DNA of 64,000 nt from the NCBI RefSeq assembly GCF_009914755.1, contig NC_060925.1; one strand, given 5' to 3'. Within the stretch, counting starts at the first letter, position 1. Each line of letters starts with the position of its first letter. Below are positions 58,556-64,000 of this stretch, in pieces. The stretch is from the human T2T-CHM13v2.0 reference genome, Homo sapiens. Made by a program: the position numbers and the translations under genes. The notes under the pieces are model-generated. The model saw only the letters and a list, made by a program, of their open reading frames with translations. It made no database searches and had not been told where the DNA came from.

Positions 58556-59839
58556 TTAACCTATTTACTTTAAGTTCAGGACCAAAATTTCCAATTCTAG
58601 TAATTGCTATTAACTCAGCAACTTTTGCTATTTAATTCTAGAGAAAACACAAGTTTTCAAAATTTGATGAGATGTCTCTACATCATAAGACAATTTAATT
58701 TAGCCATTTTTATCCTGACATGTGACCCATCGGTAATTATTATTAAATCAGGATTTTGAACTGGAAAGTCAGATAAATTAACCTGGGTCCTAGTGACTTC
58801 TTCTATTACCATTGTGCAATCATTATCATCTATTCGATCAGGATCGGGTAAGAGAAGAGCAGTGTTTAGGCCTTCACATTTCTCAGACACAATATTAGGA
58901 ATGGATAATGCTGTTAAAAGCCAATCTGATGGGTAACTGAAGAATGCTGGGTTTCATGCACTTGCAAAATAGCGCTTGCAGCAAGTGGGTCATGGAAACA
59001 AATAAAGTGACCCAAAGTAAGAGCTTGAGCCTTTCAGTAAGTGTGGCGGCTGCTGCCACAGCTTAGAGGCCTCCAGGCATTCCCTGTGCCAGAGCACCTG
59101 GAATAAATAACAAATATGCTTTTTGTCCATAGCCTAATTCCAGCTTCTGAGTTAATATTCCACTACCAGCCCTTTATTTTCATGACAAAAGAAGCTAAAA
59201 AGGTTTTTCAAAATGTAAAATCCTCAACGCTGAGGGAAAAGCTATTACCAGTTTTATTTCTTCAAATCCTTTTCAGATTCTAATGATCAAATGAGAGGAT
59301 CTGAAGAATTCTCATGCATTTTCCCCATCAGAGGATTTTTCTGATGTCCAGAAAAAGCTGGACTTCACTATATGCAATAATCTACTGGTCTCCCAAATTA
59401 TTGATGTTCGTTGTTGTTGTTTTGGGCTTTTTTTTATGTGTTTGTTAGTTTTGTAATAGACCATTTTATTGGCAAAAGCAGCTTACCCCTATGTGTAACG
59501 TATTGGGTCTTCAGCTGAAAACAGACATCTAAATATTTTACTTGTTTGGCAATTGCATTTTGTCTAGTGAAGCCTTATTACCCTGCAAAGCAAGGAATTG
59601 AAATAAACCCAAAGTGGACTTCAGTCTCTGAGGCTACCAGAAAGTAATTTATATATGGAATTATTATAAATCACTCTAGTAAAACCAACTTCTTTATGTT
59701 TTCCAGTAAATCACTGAAGAAAATAGTTTGGGAATCCTAAAACTTTTGAGCAATCCCTTGCCACAAACAGAACACTCCTTCATAATTAATGCAAATAAAA
59801 ATTTGGAAATTTAGATTCATCTGCTAGAGACAGGTAGGC

Positions 59840-59905
59840 AAAGAAGGAAGGAAGGAAGAAAGGGAGGGAGGGAGGGAGGGAAGGACGGAGACAGGGAGGG
59901 CAAGG
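59840..59905. repeat. Purine-rich (GGAA)n/(GGAG)n tract
   Basis: Seen directly, inside the ERV RT region. Confidence 0.9.
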
Positions 59906-61499
59906 AAAAATAGTTTTATAAAGCAAAACTTTGCAGACCACAAGGAAAGCAAGAGTTCAGAATATTTGCAGGATTAAGAGATACAGGAGTTAATAGAACA
60001 ACAAATTTATTTTTCTATGATCTGTGAATCTACATAGTGATCAAACATCCTTATTAATTTTAACTTTACTGGATATATGAGAGTATTACAGTGTGAGTGC
60101 ACTTTAAAAAATTCTTGGTTTTCTTATTAGAATTGGCTTTGTTTCTTCTAATTGAGATCTTTTCAAAGGATATTGTTTAACAAATGGCCACGGCTACTAC
60201 TTTTGATAAGCTATTTTTATTGGTTCTGTATCTTGGACTAAACCAGTATCATTATTCTGTAGGGTAAAACCAACACAGGTTATTTCAGCCAGGTGTGCCT
60301 TTTCAGTATGGTGTAAACTTCCATTCCCTATCCTGCCTATTTTCTTCCATAAGGCGCAATGCAACTTAGTAAGATGCCTCTTATTATATAGTAACCAAAT
60401 TAGGTGATTTTTTTTCTGAAAGAGTTCCATAGACACTCCCTTTGGAGTATAGAATACGGTAACTTTAAATTGCCCAGCAGTTCTCACTTCAATGAGTTTA
60501 AAGGAGAATCTAAATGAAGTAAGAAAACATGTTTCTCAGTCAAAGAACTGATCTTTATGGAATCTGCAGAGGAGACATATTAGGTAGGATAAAAATAAAA
60601 AGGCTGACCCAAAATGCCAATATCCTGTATTTCTCTATCATGACATGAAAAGTGCAAAATTACCAAGGAAATTTCAGAGTAAGTAGCACGAGTATCACCG
60701 GTTTCCACTTCCAAAATTCCCTTAGTTTGTTCATTTTAAACCATTTTACAATTGCTCCTTAGCCTTCTGGGTTTTCAGATTCCCTTGTTCCAGCAATTCC
60801 TGTATCCTCTTTACCAGCTAACAATGTTGTGCTCTCATTCCTCTTTGCAGAGAAATACACTAATGAAGCGTCCTGTACATCTAAAAGCATCACCTTCTCC
60901 TTCTCAGGAGTCGTTTTGAGCCAAGAGATGCAGGGGAAGCAAAGGGAGTAGGGACAGAAAGAAGAATGGTTCAGTGAGAGAGAAGCTACCTTTAATTCTT
61001 GCATTTCTTCTTTCATTTTCAAAAATCTTTCCTTCCTTCTGGCTGTACACATCATTTTCATTCTTTTCTTCTTAGAATGATACTTATCCCATAAATACTA
61101 GTAATTCATTTGATTTGAATTAATCCTGATTAAGAAACCTAGAGAATATGCTAATTAATCCAAATCAAAAGAACCATCTTTGACCACTGCAAGAGTGGAT
61201 TTTCATATACCCATTCCAATGTGACAGACTAATATTAGCTTTTTTTGAGAAAGATCTACCACCAATATTGCTGTCTTCCCACATTTTTCCATCAAAGCCA
61301 ACAGTCATCCTGATAAAATTTTAGAACCTCAATTACCTATGCTTATTTGATTGTAAAAATCCTGCATTTGGGGAGGGTGGTTCTTCTGCTCAGTATTGCA
61401 AAAGAGTGACAAGCTAGAAGGGAGATGCTGTGTAATTCAGGGTCTCCTACCTGACTGCTGTGTCTAAAGAGGTTCACTCAATTCAGAAACTATCCGACC

Positions 61500-61516
61500 T
61501 CCTGTCTTCATCGTCA
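61500..61516 (-). promoter_or_regulatory. Putative retroviral primer-binding site, tRNA-Ser(GCT)-like
   Basis: Minus strand TGACGATGAAGACAGGA vs TGGCGACGAGGATGGGA (recalled complement of the tRNA-Ser-GCT 3' end): 12/17, all 5 mismatches transitions; 4 nt from the LTR end. Confidence 0.55.
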
Positions 61517-61520
61517 GACG

Positions 61521-62560
61521 TTTTGAGGAAATATAATTTTAAAAAGATTCTCCTCTCAGCCCAGAAAACCTCTCCACAGAAGTGGAAAAGAAAGAAAACA
61601 TTTCGTGAATAAGCTTTAAACTAGAATTTGAAGTGCATCACAGGCAATTTGCTAAAGAGATTGTAAAGAACGATAACGACAAAAACTTGCCATTTTATAT
61701 AGCAAAATATATACAATTTATTCTTACTTCATACATGTTCTCAATATAAATAACAACTAGTGCTCAAGGAACAGGACTTAATAACACAATTTGTCAGAAA
61801 TATTTCATCCTAAATACACCTGGAAATTGGAATAGCTACGTGTGTTTGCTAATTGCCTTTATCAAAGGAAAATGAGGCCAGCTGCATTGGCTCACGCCTG
61901 TAATCCCAGCACTTTGGGAGGCCAAGGCAGGTGGATCACTTGAATTGGAGTTGGAGACCAGCCTGGGCAACATGGCGAAACCCGGTCTTAACAAAAATTA
62001 AAAAATCAAAAATCAAAAGATAATAAGCCGGGTGTGGTGGTGCATGCCTGTGCTACTCAGCCTCAGCTACTCAGGAGGCTGAGGTGGGAGTACCACCTAA
62101 GCCCGCGAGGCAGAGGTTGTGATGAGCCAAGATCATACCACTGCACTCCAGCAGCCTGGGCTACAGAGAGACTGTCGCAAAAAAAAAAAAAAAGGGAAAA
62201 CGAAAGTTCTCATAACCTCATGAGAGGAGATAGGTTTGCAACTTGAAGTTGGATGATAGCTGAAATTAGGCGCCTCATCTCCCATGGAAAGTGAGATACA
62301 AAAGTTCTATATTCCTTTATTGCATTGCAATTCAATAGGAAGACTCTTAGGCCCCTGAGAAAAAGATTCCTGTGCTGTAAACTGACAAGAAGCTTATTTT
62401 GCTTTTTAAAAAGTTCACTTAGATCTCAAAAGGTCAGAGAAAAAAAATAAAAACGTATCTAAAAGAAATATTTTAAAGAAAAGGAGGTAGGGGAAAGTCG
62501 CTCCTTCTAGAGCCAAGGACATTAATTAATTTTTTTTTTTAGATTTTTATTTACCCTTTT
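61521..62560 (-). mobile_element. ERV1 LTR (MER90/MER90a-like), 5' LTR of the provirus, interrupted by an Alu
   Basis: 'cagcccagaaaacctctccacagaag..gtgcatcacaggcaatttgctaaagagattg..gcttattttgctttttaaaaag..ttttatttacccttt' matches my recollection of the MER90 reverse complement. Confidence 0.7.
61876..62191 (+). mobile_element. AluJ (Jb-like) inserted in the LTR
   Basis: 'gcctgggcaacatggcgaaaccc'; degenerate TSD aaaggaaaatga / aagggaaaacga. Confidence 0.92.
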
Positions 62561-63559
62561 AGTGTCTTTGGGTAATTATATACATCCAACCCTGTATACT
62601 CATACACATTTGCCCATGAACAAAGAAAATAATTAAATAATTATTGATATTCACAAGTTTTATCTTTGTTCTGCAGGAAAAAAGGTTATTTGGTTAGTGG
62701 TGAAAATTAATAAAGATGGCTTGTTATACTAGGTATAATAATTAAAGAGAAACACTAATACATACATTGTTTATAGGGTAATAGGTGTAAAATTATATTT
62801 GAAAGTATTATAGTTCCTTCAAACAGTAAATTTAATATGAAATATACATTGTTTCATATATGTTAAAGCTATAATTAAAATTTTCTAATTACCTATTTGA
62901 ATACTCTTATGTTTGTGTATGTCTAAACGCATACATATGAAAGTATAATAACAAATAATTTTATGTTGATATATGCATAAAGTAGGAAAGGAGTGAAATT
63001 AAAATTTTTCTCTATTTTGATTTTAAAATTATTTTAAATTTAAGTAATTTATAAAATTATTTTATTCCCAGATTAGGAGCGGTTCCTTTTGACATAGAAT
63101 TCTTCTGTTAACTCTCCACGTTTTTTGGCGTGCTATCAAATAACTTTGAAAAGATTGCTTACTTTTGGAAAAAAAATTCTGATAATCATTGCTGCGTATT
63201 ACTATGTGCTTTTGCAATGTTGCGTATAGTTATATCTTATTTTAAATATTACTGTATTGTATTGTATTGTATATGCTTTTTCATTAGTAATTGCAACTTT
63301 AGCCTGGTTCACTCCTCTCACCTTCTAGCCGACATTTATTAAGGTGCTTATTCACAGATTTACCCTGGCTTTTTCACAGTTGCAAGCCAGAGTAGAAGAC
63401 TACTTCCTCCACAAAGCCACTTTACACAAGTCTAAATGCTTTAAGTTTTGTCTAACGCCCTCTGACTACAAAGCCTCACAGTTCCTCATGGTGCATGTTC
63501 TTCTCCATTGAAACAAATAGTAAATCCAATTTTCATCATCTATGGGTGTATTCCTGGTA

Positions 63560-63800
63560 GTCTTTGGCTAGATGACTTTGACAGAAATCAGAAGAAAATG
63601 GAAGACTATCGAGAAAGTGTGGACATCAAAGAAATGATCATTGAAGTTATACAGTCAAGGAAGATATCCTGCAAAACCAAGGCAAAATCAAATGTTTTCA
63701 GAAAAAATACACCAGTTCTCTTGGTGTATTCCAAGAGAATACACCGCTATCTGACTCCACTAAAGAAATTATTAAAAGGATCCAGTAAAGAGAGTAATCA
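63560..63800 (+). mobile_element. HAL1/ancient L1 ORF1 C-terminal fragment
   Basis: 'gaaatcagaagaaaatggaagactatcgagaaagtg..gatatcctgcaaaaccaaggcaaaatcaaatgttttcaga' resembles ORF1p RRQW..IYPAKLSF..GEIKTFSD. Confidence 0.55.
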
Positions 63801-64000
63801 CATGATGCTAAGATAAAGAGTAACATTCAAAGTATTTAATAAAGTTCCCAGTTTAAATCAATAATAATTATATTATTGTTAAATTAATGTTATATTATTA
63901 ATGATAAAATTATTGGTTTTAAAATTATTGTAATCTCCAAGGCATTTTCACACTTTGATTAGAAATGTAGTAATTGAATATGACATTCTTTGAAAAGATT

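Larger units (their letters stand above)
56700..61520 (-). mobile_element. Degraded class I (gamma-like/ERV1) endogenous retrovirus internal region, gag-pro-pol
   Basis: Minus-strand translations: protease DTRATYS (~60676-60696); RT SHCNTLIYPVK, LWQGIAQ/FR/DSQTIF, PYINYFLVAS (decayed YVDD), GNKASLDKMQ/QVKYLD; tether AQGMPGGL*AVAAAATL..LTLGH..CEGLNTALLLP; RNase H NPDLIIITDGS, AELIAITR; weaker IN-like motifs including WIH near 56735. Confidence 0.85.

Noticed and set aside
60759-61061. 100-aa minus-strand ORF as an intact Gag domain
   Set aside because: Its position fits the gag 3' region, but there is no intact CCHC knuckle or ATG context; treated as decayed ERV sequence only.
63508-63816. 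102-aa ORF as a candidate exon or gene
   Set aside because: It overlaps HAL1/L1 ORF1-like sequence, starts at a non-ATG codon, and has no splice or promoter support.

Overview
This is AT-rich, gene-poor primate genomic DNA (catarrhine, probably hominoid or human, given the AluY and L1PA3/4-type elements). I found no credible protein-coding gene, RNA gene or CRISPR array. Most long ORFs in the track are translations of Alu, L1 or ERV sequence, and the rest are short AT-rich ORFs. More than half of the window is recognisable transposable-element debris: about 14 Alus (J/S/Y, most with target-site duplications, TSDs), L1PA/L1PB/L1M LINE-1s, L2 and MIR relics, MaLR/ERVL solo LTRs (THE1, MLT1, MLT2, one MER76/MER54-like) and DNA-transposon relics (MADE1, MER6, MER58A, MER5). 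The most notable structures are: (i) an old, ~6 kb minus-strand class I (gamma-like, ERV1) provirus remnant at ~56.7-62.6 kb, with a MER90-like 5' LTR, a tRNA-Ser(GCT)-like primer-binding site (PBS) and readable pro/RT/tether/RNase H motifs plus weaker IN motifs; (ii) four separate 5'-inverted (twin-primed) L1s of four different ages, each with a recognisable TSD, one missing ~3 kb at the inversion point; (iii) nested insertions, close inverted Alu pairs and several small palindromic or template-switch-like structures. Subfamily names come from recalled consensus motifs, not database searches, and boundaries of old elements are approximate. I do not see evidence for a novel functional biological system here. 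The ERV remnant is the best candidate for something under-annotated.
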